From a virus (lineage: Duplodnaviria; Caudoviricetes), in IMG/VR virus record IMGVR_UViG_3300020045_003741, positions 1-36,378 of that record: a stretch of DNA of 36,378 bases; one strand, written 5' to 3'. Below, piece after piece: positions 8,413 to 17,400 of the stretch. The notes below the pieces were generated by a model. It saw nothing but the letters and a program-made list of their open reading frames with translations, ran no database searches and was not told the DNA's origin. The translations under genes were made by a program, and so were the position numbers. The first letter of the stretch is position 1; every line of letters begins with the position of its first letter.

Positions 8413-9381
8413 ATGAGCGAAGAAAATGAAAACACTTTTGACATTGATAGCGGTGTTGCTGATATTGCTGATGGGCTTGGTTTCGATAGGAGCGAGGATG
8501 ACGATTTTATCGATGAGACAATCGAGGCGGATAGCGAAGGCGGTGAGGAATCCGAACAGGTAACCGACAAGAAAGACGGCGAAACCGAAACCACAGAGGC
8601 AACCAAGCCGCCACCGCAGTCCTGGGCTAAGGAAAAGCACGAGGCTTGGAATAAAATCCCTGACGATGCCAAGGAATATATTGAACTGCGCGAGAAACAG
8701 ATGCTTGACGGCATCGAGCAGTATAAGCAGGGGCATCAATACGCCAACGCCTTCGCGCAAGCCCTTGAGCCGTTCCGCCAGGACATTGCGGCGACCGGCG
8801 TCGATGAAGTTACGGCGGTAAAGGCATTGCTTACCCATCATCGCGCCCTTACAAACGGCACTATTGAGCAACGTCAAAAGGCACTGCTTGAAATCGGCTA
8901 TGCCTCCGGCATTATCCCCAAGGAAGGACAGACCGCAGCAGATTTGGAGCGCCAGCAACTGCAAATGCAACTGTATCAGCGCGACATGCTAGAACAACAG
9001 CGCCAGCAGCAATATATCGCGCAACAACAGCAGCAAATCGCACAGAACGTCACGGCCTTCGCTTCCGACCCGAAACACGAGTATTTTGACGAAGTGGCGG
9101 ACGATATTGTCGGGCTATTGCAAGCCGGGTACGATTTGAACACGGCGTATGAGAAAGCGGTTTGGGCCAACCCGGTAACGCGGGCCAAGGAGATAGCCAA
9201 AACCCAGCAGCAGAGCGCCACAGCCAACGCCGAGAAAGCCAAGGCGGAAGCGTTAAAGGCCAAAAAAGCATCATCAACCAATATTCGCCCATCGAATGGA
9301 CGAGGCCGCGCACCGGCGCAGCCGTCGGGATCATGGGAAAATACAATGCAAGAGACGTTGCAGCGCATTAAAAGCAGATAA
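8413..9381 (+). CDS. Capsid scaffolding protein
   Basis: Acidic N-terminus, PPQSW..W motif, Gln-rich coiled coil, AYEKAVWANP; upstream of the major capsid gene. Confidence 0.8.
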   Translation: MSEENENTFDIDSGVADIADGLGFDRSEDDDFIDETIEADSEGGEESEQVTDKKDGETETTEATKPPPQSWAKEKHEAWNKIPDDAKEYIELREKQMLDGIEQYKQGHQYANAFAQALEPFRQDIAATGVDEVTAVKALLTHHRALTNGTIEQRQKALLEIGYASGIIPKEGQTAADLERQQLQMQLYQRDMLEQQRQQQYIAQQQQQIAQNVTAFASDPKHEYFDEVADDIVGLLQAGYDLNTAYEKAVWANPVTRAKEIAKTQQQSATANAEKAKAEALKAKKASSTNIRPSNGRGRAPAQPSGSWENTMQETLQRIKSR

Positions 9382-9382
9382 T

Positions 9383-9532
9383 ATGAATTTTATACAACGA
9401 TTAATTCAGTTTTTTAAGAAACGAAAAAAAGAAGCTAGAGATAGAGAAATCGTAAGGCTAGCCAAGCCAAGAGTTAAAAACGCTATTAGCATCTACAATA
9501 AAAACTTTCGCCTATTTGATTGGCTGGACTAA
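9383..9532 (+). CDS. Small basic protein between scaffold and capsid genes
   Basis: ATG 1 nt after the scaffold stop; MNFIQRLIQFFKKRKK...; AT-rich. Confidence 0.45.
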   Translation: MNFIQRLIQFFKKRKKEARDREIVRLAKPRVKNAISIYNKNFRLFDWLD

Positions 9533-9546
9533 AAGACTACAATATA

Positions 9547-9574
9547 TTGACATTACCGAATAATTCAGTATGAT
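9547..9574 (+). promoter_or_regulatory. Sigma70 promoter for the major capsid gene
   Basis: TTGACA-16 nt-TATGAT. Confidence 0.7.
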
Positions 9575-9719
9575 TGATTTAAGCTAAATCCCGACAGGAA
9601 TCAGCACCCGCAGTACATCAAGACACAGTTCCGGCCCCTGACAGGGCAACCCGAGATCGAGTGGAATGATAAGACGCCTTTTTAGGCTTTTTACTTCACT
9701 TTTTTAAGGAATAAACGTT

Positions 9720-10682
9720 ATGAGTTCTCCTAACTCAACGTTTACGGAACTGGTCACCACCACCTTCCGTAAGCACCGCAAAGAAATCAAAGACAACTTA
9801 AGCAACCGTAACGCTTTGTTGAAATATATCAACAAGCGCGGTAATTATATTACCGAAGACGGCGGCTTAACCATTGCCACCCCGCTCGATTATCAAGCCA
9901 ACGGTACATACCAGCGCTATTCCGACTGGGACGCGCTGAATATTGCCGCATCCGATGTGATCAGTTCGGCCGAGTATCAATGGCGGCAGATTGCAATCAA
10001 CGTCGTGGCATCAGGCCGAGAGTTGAAGATCAACAGCGGCGATAGCAAAATCATCAATCTGGCTAAATCCAGAATGAAAAATGCCATCCGCACGTTTAAC
10101 AACAACTTCTCAAGCGACCTTTATAGTTCAGGATCGCTGTCCAACCAGATTAACGGCTTGCAAGCGATTGTAGCCGACGCTGGCGCCGGCACTGTGGGCG
10201 GCATCGATTCCGCCACCTGGGCATTCTGGCAGAACAGCGTATTCGACCTGTCTACCAACTCCGTGACTATGTCAGCAACCACCATCGAAGGCAGCGCCAT
10301 GCTTCCGCTCTGGCTGACCCTTGATCGCGGCCCGGACGACTGTCCCGACTTGATTGTAGCCGACAATAACTATTTTGCGTTCTTTGAAAATAGCCAGGTA
10401 TCCATGAAGCGTTATGCGTCGAGCGACAAGGCGAACGCCGGATTTGCAACGATCAAATATAAAAACGCTGACGTTATGTTCGACGGCAACAGCGGCATTC
10501 CTGCCAACCACATGTATTTCCTGAACACGGAATACCTGAAATTGGTTGTTCACAAAGATGCAGATTTAACCGAGTTACCCGAACAAAGGCCCGTCAACCA
10601 AGACGGCGTAGTAATCCCCGTTCTATGGATGGGCAACCTCGTGTGCAGTAACAGAAAGATGCAGGGCGTAATAGTGGCGTAA
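9720..10682 (+). CDS. Major capsid protein
   Basis: FTELVTTTFRKHRKEIKDN..NALL, GTVGGID..WAFWQN, HMYFLNTEYL and LWMGNLVCSNR motifs of a podovirus major capsid family; AAGGA RBS. Confidence 0.92.
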   Translation: MSSPNSTFTELVTTTFRKHRKEIKDNLSNRNALLKYINKRGNYITEDGGLTIATPLDYQANGTYQRYSDWDALNIAASDVISSAEYQWRQIAINVVASGRELKINSGDSKIINLAKSRMKNAIRTFNNNFSSDLYSSGSLSNQINGLQAIVADAGAGTVGGIDSATWAFWQNSVFDLSTNSVTMSATTIEGSAMLPLWLTLDRGPDDCPDLIVADNNYFAFFENSQVSMKRYASSDKANAGFATIKYKNADVMFDGNSGIPANHMYFLNTEYLKLVVHKDADLTELPEQRPVNQDGVVIPVLWMGNLVCSNRKMQGVIVA

Positions 10683-10732
10683 TATCAATAACTTACAAAA
10701 ATATTGATGATGGGTAATTAATATTGTATAAT
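10683..10732 (+). promoter_or_regulatory. IHF consensus site and sigma70 promoter for the HNH gene
   Basis: TATCAATAACTTA (WATCAANNNNTTR) at 10683-10695; TTGATG-17 nt-TATAAT at 10704-10732. Confidence 0.6.
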
Positions 10733-10763
10733 GGCACTTTCTAACAACTGCCAAAAGAATATT

Positions 10764-11414
10764 ATGAAAACATCATCAATAAAAGATCGAATAGGCCAAA
10801 GGATTGGAAAGCTAGTTGTAATTGAAAGAGCATCCAACAAGATAGAGATAGCAAAAAGCGGGAAAAAATCCGTTCGGGCTTGTTGGGTTTGTGCGTGTGA
10901 TTGCGGAAACGTAATTACTGCAAGTGGACATAATTTAAGCAAAGCGCTTAGCAATCCAGAGTCAACCGCAGGGACTCGTTCTTGTGGTTGTTTGATGGGA
11001 AAAGGAGGATTTAAGCACGGTATGTCTGCATCGAAAGATTACAACGCTTGGAACAATATTGTACAAAGATGCTTAAACCCAAATAATACGCATTATTCTT
11101 GTTATGGGGCTAGAGGCATTACCCTTTGTGATAAATGGTTAACATTTGAAGGGTTTTATGAGGATATGGGCGAAAGGCCGGAAGGTATGACCATAGACCG
11201 AATAGATAACGAAAAAGGTTATTCCAAAGAGAATTGCAAATGGGCGTCAAGAGAAACCCAAGCGAACAATAGACGGTCTAACGTAATACTTGAATACAAC
11301 GGTAAATCAATGACAATATCCCAGTGGGCGCGAGAAGTGGGAATCACAAAAGGCGCGTTAAAGTCTCGTATAGAAAGAGGCTGGGATATCGAGAGAGCTT
11401 TAACAACAATTTAA
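10764..11414 (+). CDS. Free-standing HNH homing endonuclease
   Basis: WVCACDCGN..TRSCGC, YGARGITLCDKW, TIDRIDNEKGYSKENCKWAS..QANNRR; AT-rich; start taken at 10764 because ATG 10731 overlaps the -10 box. Confidence 0.9.
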   Translation: MKTSSIKDRIGQRIGKLVVIERASNKIEIAKSGKKSVRACWVCACDCGNVITASGHNLSKALSNPESTAGTRSCGCLMGKGGFKHGMSASKDYNAWNNIVQRCLNPNNTHYSCYGARGITLCDKWLTFEGFYEDMGERPEGMTIDRIDNEKGYSKENCKWASRETQANNRRSNVILEYNGKSMTISQWAREVGITKGALKSRIERGWDIERALTTI

Positions 11415-11433
11415 TTTTGTAAGGAAAAATATT

Positions 11434-12147
11434 ATGTTTTCACCTATCCACCCTTTTGCAGGCGAACAACCGTTTAACGACTGGTTTGCGCCTGATACCA
11501 CCCAGCGCCATGTGCTGGGTACACAAATAACGGCCGTCGACCCCTATTGGGGTTTGGGTAAGTTCATGTATGTTAAGTCTACCGATGCCGTGCTGAAAGG
11601 CTCGCTTTGCGCCTGGGACGAGTCATACAATGCCGGGCTATTGCCTTCCGCCGTAACCCAAGGTTTTCCTTGGGGCGTGGCGATGGCACCTATGGCGTCC
11701 GGTACGTATGGATGGATTCAGCTAGAAGGCCGCGCGGTTTACAAAACCAATGCGACCGTGGCCGCTGACGGTGTTGTTGCCGTTGCCGCCGCAGGTATCC
11801 TGGGAGCGACTGCAACCGGCAAGCAGTTAATCGGTGTTCGTAACCGTGTAGCGGCCACCGGCACCAAAACCGTAACCGCGACCACCACCAATGGCACCGG
11901 CGTGCTTAAAACCGAAGGTTATGACGGTTTTTTCATCGGTATGGCCTTGTCAGGCACCGGCATCCCAGCCTCAACCGTTGTTGCCAAGCTTGACCCTGAC
12001 GGCAGAACCATTTATACCGGTTCGGCCATCGGCACCCTGGGCGACAAGAACAGCACAGCAACGGGATCAATCACCTTAACCGGCACCTATACGGGTTACG
12101 GCTCAGGCATGATTAACAACCCCGGCTGTATGCAGATCGTAGCTTAA
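11434..12147 (+). CDS. Putative capsid decoration/cement protein
   Basis: GKFMYVK..GVAMAPM..YGWIQLEG pattern of the protein that follows the capsid gene; Thr/Gly-rich; strong AAGGA RBS. Confidence 0.65.
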   Translation: MFSPIHPFAGEQPFNDWFAPDTTQRHVLGTQITAVDPYWGLGKFMYVKSTDAVLKGSLCAWDESYNAGLLPSAVTQGFPWGVAMAPMASGTYGWIQLEGRAVYKTNATVAADGVVAVAAAGILGATATGKQLIGVRNRVAATGTKTVTATTTNGTGVLKTEGYDGFFIGMALSGTGIPASTVVAKLDPDGRTIYTGSAIGTLGDKNSTATGSITLTGTYTGYGSGMINNPGCMQIVA

Positions 12148-12160
12148 TCACTCCCGCACT

Positions 12161-12186
12161 AGCCCCGCTCCGGCGGGGCTTTTTTT
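12161..12186 (+). terminator. Rho-independent terminator
   Basis: AGCCCCGC-TCCG-GCGGGGCT followed by a T run. Confidence 0.9.
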
Positions 12187-12201
12187 AATACAGGATGCCC
12201 C

Positions 12202-12885
12202 ATGCAGAATACCGCGTTAGAAATAAACAGTAACCCCGACCGAATGCCTTATGTTAGATTTGAACGGCGTGCGATTGAGGACAAGGCCGGAAGTTTGGCC
12301 GCCGGGCATTATGTGGCAAAGGATATTGATTATGCCTTGATTACGCCGCCCTACAGCAAGGATGTATTCGAGACCAAAGTAATAAGTTGGTTCGCCCAAC
12401 TTGAAGCCGACAAGAACGGCGGGCGCATTCATCCCGACTGGGTAGATCGTTATCACCGTATGTATGAGGCGTGGCAAAAAGGCCAGGAATTACCGCTCGA
12501 CGGCTTCCCGATAAAAGGCTGGGGCATCATTAGCCCGGCGCAGCAGGAAACACTTATTAAGATGCACATCATGACCGTTGAAAGCCTTGCGGCCATTACC
12601 GAGGAAGGCATTCGGCGTGTGGGCATGGGCGGCACCGAACTCAAGAAAAAGGCCGATACATGGCTAAAACAACTCAAGAAGGCAGGCCATGCAACGGTCG
12701 AGATCGCCGCGTTAAGCCGGGAGAACGACCAGCTTAAAGGCGAGGTTGCCGGAATGCGCGACCAGATTGAAGAACTTATGCGGCTGGTTAAAGCGCAACA
12801 GAATTATCAGGACACCGGGACGGATATGACTTTCGGTTCAGCCTATCAAGAAAGCATCACCGCAAACGATTTAATGGACGATTGA
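12202..12885 (+). CDS. Conserved hypothetical phage protein with a C-terminal coiled coil
   Basis: PYVRFERRAIED..YEAWQKGQELPLDGFPIKGW..IMTVESLA; AGGA RBS. Confidence 0.8.
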   Translation: MQNTALEINSNPDRMPYVRFERRAIEDKAGSLAAGHYVAKDIDYALITPPYSKDVFETKVISWFAQLEADKNGGRIHPDWVDRYHRMYEAWQKGQELPLDGFPIKGWGIISPAQQETLIKMHIMTVESLAAITEEGIRRVGMGGTELKKKADTWLKQLKKAGHATVEIAALSRENDQLKGEVAGMRDQIEELMRLVKAQQNYQDTGTDMTFGSAYQESITANDLMDD

Positions 12886-12889
12886 CGCC

Positions 12890-13600
12890 ATGACCATGCT
12901 ATCGCTGATTCAAAAAGCTTGCAGCAGAACAGGATTCCCTGTCCCTGCAACAGTATATGGATCGACAGATACACGCGTACTACAAGTGATGAATTTACTG
13001 GAAGAGGAAGGCAATGACTTAGCGCAGCGGCATACCTGGAGTACCTTAACCAAAGAGGCGACGCATACGACGCTTGCGACCGAGGATCAAGGCAACATTG
13101 AAACAATAGCCTCATCCGGCTTTCGCTTTATCAAGAACAACACTATCTGGGATCGCACCGATGACCTTCCAGTCCTAGGCCCTATAGACGGTCAGGAATG
13201 GCAGAAATTAAAAGCCGTGGCTAATACCGGCCCGCGGTATTATTATCGATTACGCGCCAACAAGCTGCTAGTCAATCCAACGCCGACCGCCGGCCATACA
13301 TGGGCGTTTGAATATCAATCAAAAAACTGGATATTGGACGCCGATGGCAGCACGACAAAGGAGTTTTTCACCGCCGATACCGATACCTTTCTTTTGCCTG
13401 AATCACTGTTATTAATGGGCGTTAGATGGCGCTGGTTGCGGGAAAAGGGGCTGAGTTATGCAGAGCTATTCCAATCCTATGAAATGCAGGTTAAGGACGC
13501 CATGGGGCGCGATGGCGGCAAGCCTGCGCTCAGCATGAACGGCAGCAGGGAGTCATCAAAGCCTGGAATATTTATTAATTCGATGAGCTGGCCGTTGTGA
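12890..13600 (+). CDS. Tail tubular protein A / head-tail adaptor-like
   Basis: MTMLSLIQKAC N-terminus, GPRYYYRL, LLMGVRWRW; position before the tubular B-like gene. Confidence 0.75.
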   Translation: MTMLSLIQKACSRTGFPVPATVYGSTDTRVLQVMNLLEEEGNDLAQRHTWSTLTKEATHTTLATEDQGNIETIASSGFRFIKNNTIWDRTDDLPVLGPIDGQEWQKLKAVANTGPRYYYRLRANKLLVNPTPTAGHTWAFEYQSKNWILDADGSTTKEFFTADTDTFLLPESLLLMGVRWRWLREKGLSYAELFQSYEMQVKDAMGRDGGKPALSMNGSRESSKPGIFINSMSWPL

Positions 13601-15159
13601 GACGCCCAACGCAATCAAAGCCAGCAGGACGGCAACAGGCAAGTTCGATTCAAAGCTATCAAGCGCCTATTGGAGGCTTGAATGCGCGTGATTCCATTGC
13701 CGACATGAAGCCGACCGAGGCGCTGGTGCTCAACAACTGGTTCCCGCGTCCGTCCTATGTCGAAATCAGGGGCGGCAATACCGAACATGCCACCGGCTTA
13801 ACCGGTAACGGCAAAACCTTGATGGTGCATAACAGCCTGACCGGCACCAACAAGATGTTCTGCTCGACCGTTTCCGGCGTTTATGACGTGACCAGTGCTG
13901 GCGCCGTGGGCGCGTCCGTGGCGGCCCGTACCAATGGCAAGCACCAGCACTTAATGTTTGGCGACGGCACCAATAACTGGCTGATAGCCGTTAACGGCGT
14001 CGACAAGCCATTGTATTACGACGGCACGACCTGGACGGCGGTCGACGGCGCAAGCACACCGGCTCTTACCGGCGTAACGACGACCGATATTGTCGGCCTT
14101 GCGATACACAAAGGCCGTCTCATGTTCATCCTGAACAACAGCCTATCGTTTCGGTATCTGGCCGCAGGCGCGGCAGGCGGCGCATTAACCGAGTTTTCGC
14201 TTGAAGGTGTGGCGCAAAAGGGCGGCTACCTCATGGCGATGGCAAGCTGGACGGTAGACAGCGGAAGCGGCCCGGATGATCGAATGGTGTTTATTACCAG
14301 CGAAGGCGAATTAATCGTCTATCAAGGTACCAACCCCGGCGCGGCAGCGAACTGGGCGCTGGTTGGAGTTTATACGCTTGGCACGCCGTTGGGACGGCGC
14401 TGCACTGTTAAAGTCAGTTCAGACCTGGTAATCCTAACGCAGCAGGGCGCCTTCTCGCTCACATCGATCCTGCAAGAGTCCGGCATCAATTACTCAAACG
14501 CCATATCCAACAAGATTGAAAACTTATTCAATCAGGCTGCACTTAACTATGGCAGCACTTTTGGCTGGAAAGCGATTCTTTACCCTACGCAATCCGCCTT
14601 TATTGTTAACGTGCCGATCGTCGAGGACGGCGAACACGTTCAGTACGTCATGAACACGATCAGCAAATCGTGGTGCAAGTTCACGGACTGGGACGCGGAA
14701 GATTTTGCCGTTCTGAACGATCAACTTTATTTCTGTTCCGGCACTGCCGTCTACAAAGCCTGGGATGGTGTGGCGGACAACGGCAGCGACATCGTTGCCT
14801 ATGCCAAGACCGCATTTAGTTACTTTGGCAACCCAACGCAACAGAAGAAGTTCAAATTGTTCCGGCCCGTGCTTCTGGTTAACGGCAATATCGGCTTTCT
14901 GGTCGACATTGATGTGGATTTTGCCGATGATGAAGTGAATGGAGTGGCATCCTACACGGTCAGCAACGGCGCGGTTTGGGACGTAGACAACTGGGACGAA
15001 GCCTACTGGGCCTATGGCATGACCGTGGCAAAAGAATGGTTATCGCCGGATGAATGGATGGGCTACTGCGCGGCCGGCAAGGTTAAAATCTCAACGCACA
15101 CGTTAACGGTGCAATGGATGAGCGTGGATTATGTCTTTGAATCGGGCGGCATCTTATGA
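13597..15159 (+). CDS. Tail tubular protein B / nozzle-like
   Basis: APIGGLNARD..NNWFP N-terminus, propeller-like repeats, KKFKLFRP C-terminus. Confidence 0.8.
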   Translation: MRRPTQSKPAGRQQASSIQSYQAPIGGLNARDSIADMKPTEALVLNNWFPRPSYVEIRGGNTEHATGLTGNGKTLMVHNSLTGTNKMFCSTVSGVYDVTSAGAVGASVAARTNGKHQHLMFGDGTNNWLIAVNGVDKPLYYDGTTWTAVDGASTPALTGVTTTDIVGLAIHKGRLMFILNNSLSFRYLAAGAAGGALTEFSLEGVAQKGGYLMAMASWTVDSGSGPDDRMVFITSEGELIVYQGTNPGAAANWALVGVYTLGTPLGRRCTVKVSSDLVILTQQGAFSLTSILQESGINYSNAISNKIENLFNQAALNYGSTFGWKAILYPTQSAFIVNVPIVEDGEHVQYVMNTISKSWCKFTDWDAEDFAVLNDQLYFCSGTAVYKAWDGVADNGSDIVAYAKTAFSYFGNPTQQKKFKLFRPVLLVNGNIGFLVDIDVDFADDEVNGVASYTVSNGAVWDVDNWDEAYWAYGMTVAKEWLSPDEWMGYCAAGKVKISTHTLTVQWMSVDYVFESGGIL

Positions 15160-15584
15160 TGTACCGCATCATTGACAATGATTTGGTGCGATGCCAGCAG
15201 TGGATCGCCGACAAAACCGGCGGCGTCGGCACCGACATGGTGGTCTGCATCGGGCTTGAAAAGGACGGCCAACTGGTTGCCGTAACCGGCTATAACCTGT
15301 TTAATGGCCGGTCCTGTCATGTGCATTTTTGCATTGAAAAGGGCGCATACCCTACCCGGCAATATATCTGGTTTGTGCATTATTATGCTTTTGTTCAGGC
15401 CGGTTTAGAGATGATGATCGCGCTCATGGCCGCGTCCAATGAAAGAATATTGAGACTGGCAAGGCACTTAGGCTATCAAGAAAAGTACCGATTAGAGAAA
15501 GCGCACCCCGATGGCGACATGGTGCTTTGCACCCTAACAAAGAATAATTGTAGGTATTTAGGAGAGATGTATGGCATCCAGTAA
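15156..15584 (+). CDS. GNAT-fold acetyltransferase-like protein
   Basis: IGLEKDGQLVA..SNERILRLARHLGY; typical position after the tail nozzle gene. Confidence 0.75.
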   Translation: MMYRIIDNDLVRCQQWIADKTGGVGTDMVVCIGLEKDGQLVAVTGYNLFNGRSCHVHFCIEKGAYPTRQYIWFVHYYAFVQAGLEMMIALMAASNERILRLARHLGYQEKYRLEKAHPDGDMVLCTLTKNNCRYLGEMYGIQ

Positions 15585-16440
15585 GCCACCAGAGCCGCCG
15601 AATTATGTCGGCGCAGCACAAGCGCAAGGACAAGCCAATTTACAGGCGGCGATTGCCAGCGGGATTATCAATAATCCGACGGTTAACAACCCCTACGGTA
15701 CGCAGAACGTCACATGGCAGTATGAGCGCAATAAGGCCGGTCAGATTGTCCGTGCAATTCCGACGATTACGCAGAAGTTCTCACCGGAACAGCAAGCGCT
15801 CTTTGACCAGAGCATGGAAGCAAAGGGCAACCTGGGCGATGCCGCCGTGTCGGGTTCCGCCAATGTTGCCGACCTGCTTAAAAGCGGTCTTGATTTTAGC
15901 GGCTTGCCCGGTGCACCCAAAAACTCAGGACAGCGGCGCGAGGATGTTATCGCGGCGATGATGGGAAGGGTTAACCAGGACATTGGACGGCAGCGCGAGA
16001 ATACACAATCCGAGCTTATCGCCGCAGGCATCCGGCCCGGCACTAAGGCGTATGCAGCGCAAATGGACTTGATTAATCGGCAGCAAAACGACGCCGAGCA
16101 GCAGGCGATATTGGCCGGCGGACAGGAAGCGACGCGCGATTTTGGCATGGACAACCAAGCGCGGCAACAAGCGCTTGCAGAGATGTTGACGCAGCGGCAA
16201 ACGCCATTGAACGAGGTTAATGCCTTGATGAGCGGCAGCCAGGTTAACAATCCATTTGCGGGCGGCTTGGGTTATCAGGCCGGGGCGAACGTGGGCGCGG
16301 CACCGATTGCCGGGGCCATAGCGCAACAAGGCCAGGCGCAGCAAGGCATGTACAACCAACAGCAAGCCAATATGAATAACAATATCTCAGCCGGAGCCGG
16401 ATTAATTGGCTCACTGGGCAGCGCGGCAATGCGGTATTAG
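15571..16440 (+). CDS. Putative ejection (internal virion) protein 1
   Basis: KPPEPPNYVGAAQAQ N-terminus; Gln/Ala/Gly-rich; RQTPLNEVNALMSGSQV. Confidence 0.7.
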   Translation: MASSKPPEPPNYVGAAQAQGQANLQAAIASGIINNPTVNNPYGTQNVTWQYERNKAGQIVRAIPTITQKFSPEQQALFDQSMEAKGNLGDAAVSGSANVADLLKSGLDFSGLPGAPKNSGQRREDVIAAMMGRVNQDIGRQRENTQSELIAAGIRPGTKAYAAQMDLINRQQNDAEQQAILAGGQEATRDFGMDNQARQQALAEMLTQRQTPLNEVNALMSGSQVNNPFAGGLGYQAGANVGAAPIAGAIAQQGQAQQGMYNQQQANMNNNISAGAGLIGSLGSAAMRY

Positions 16441-16449
16441 GAGAATCAA

Positions 16450-17400
16450 GTGATTAACTGGGGCGATTATCAAAACATGCCGGATTACCGGGAAGGCTGG
16501 CAAGACCCGCATCAAAGCGGCGTCGCCAGGATGGGGCGGGCGCTGGACCCGACCACCTACATTCCCGGCCTGAATCAAGTTTCAAACCCTATTCACACCA
16601 TGGCCGAGCGCACAGCGGACGCCAGTAACGCGGCACTATCGCCGGTCATGAAGGGGCTCGACAAATTTACCGAGACGACAACACCAGGACTTAAACAACT
16701 GCGTTCAGCGGTGCCCGGCATGGAAGGGATAACCAATTTCGTAAACAATAAGCCGGTCGACGCGGCGGCGATTGCGGCAGCCTCATTTTTCAGCGGCGGC
16801 GCAGCGGCAAAGGCGTTTCCCGCACTGGGCGGAGCGGGCGGCGGAGCGGGCGTAGGCACATCGGCGGCGGGCGCACCCTTGGGACAAGCGGGCACGGCGG
16901 CGGCCACCAACGCGCTGACCCCGGCAGCATTTACCGCGGGCGGTTCCGCTTTTGCGGCACCGGTATCACCTTTGATGAGCGCAGGACAGGCGGCGGGTAT
17001 GTCGGCTTTAACCCCGGCCGGTTATGCGTCAGGCGCCAGCGCATTATCGGCACCAATTTCAGGCGCAGGGCTTTTAGGAACTACCGGCACACAAGCCGGA
17101 TTAGCAGCACTTACCCCGTCATTCATGGGGCAAGGCGCAAGCGGCGGCGTGCTGGAGGCCATCAAGCCGTATGCACAGAAAGCCATGCAGGTTAAAGACC
17201 AGTATAGCACCCTGAAAAACTACGGAATGCCGGATCAAGACAGGGTTATGAACGATCGTATGCAGACGGATTTAGCCGAGCGTATCAAGAATGACGACCC
17301 TAACGACCGGAGGCAAAAACCGCAGGATGCCATAGCCCGTAAAAAGCGTATAATCGATGCCATGATGCAACAGCAAAAGTTTTTCGGAGGTGCATTCTAA
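16450..17400 (+). CDS. Putative ejection-region protein with Ala/Gly-rich ALTP repeats
   Basis: GTG start after AGGAG RBS; hydrophobic Ala/Gly core; stop overlaps the next start. Confidence 0.65.
   Translation: MINWGDYQNMPDYREGWQDPHQSGVARMGRALDPTTYIPGLNQVSNPIHTMAERTADASNAALSPVMKGLDKFTETTTPGLKQLRSAVPGMEGITNFVNNKPVDAAAIAAASFFSGGAAAKAFPALGGAGGGAGVGTSAAGAPLGQAGTAAATNALTPAAFTAGGSAFAAPVSPLMSAGQAAGMSALTPAGYASGASALSAPISGAGLLGTTGTQAGLAALTPSFMGQGASGGVLEAIKPYAQKAMQVKDQYSTLKNYGMPDQDRVMNDRMQTDLAERIKNDDPNDRRQKPQDAIARKKRIIDAMMQQQKFFGGAF

Noticed and set aside
9600-9680. Self-cleaving ribozyme in the capsid leader
   Set aside because: No hammerhead core (CUGANGA...GAAA) or other ribozyme consensus that I could recognise.
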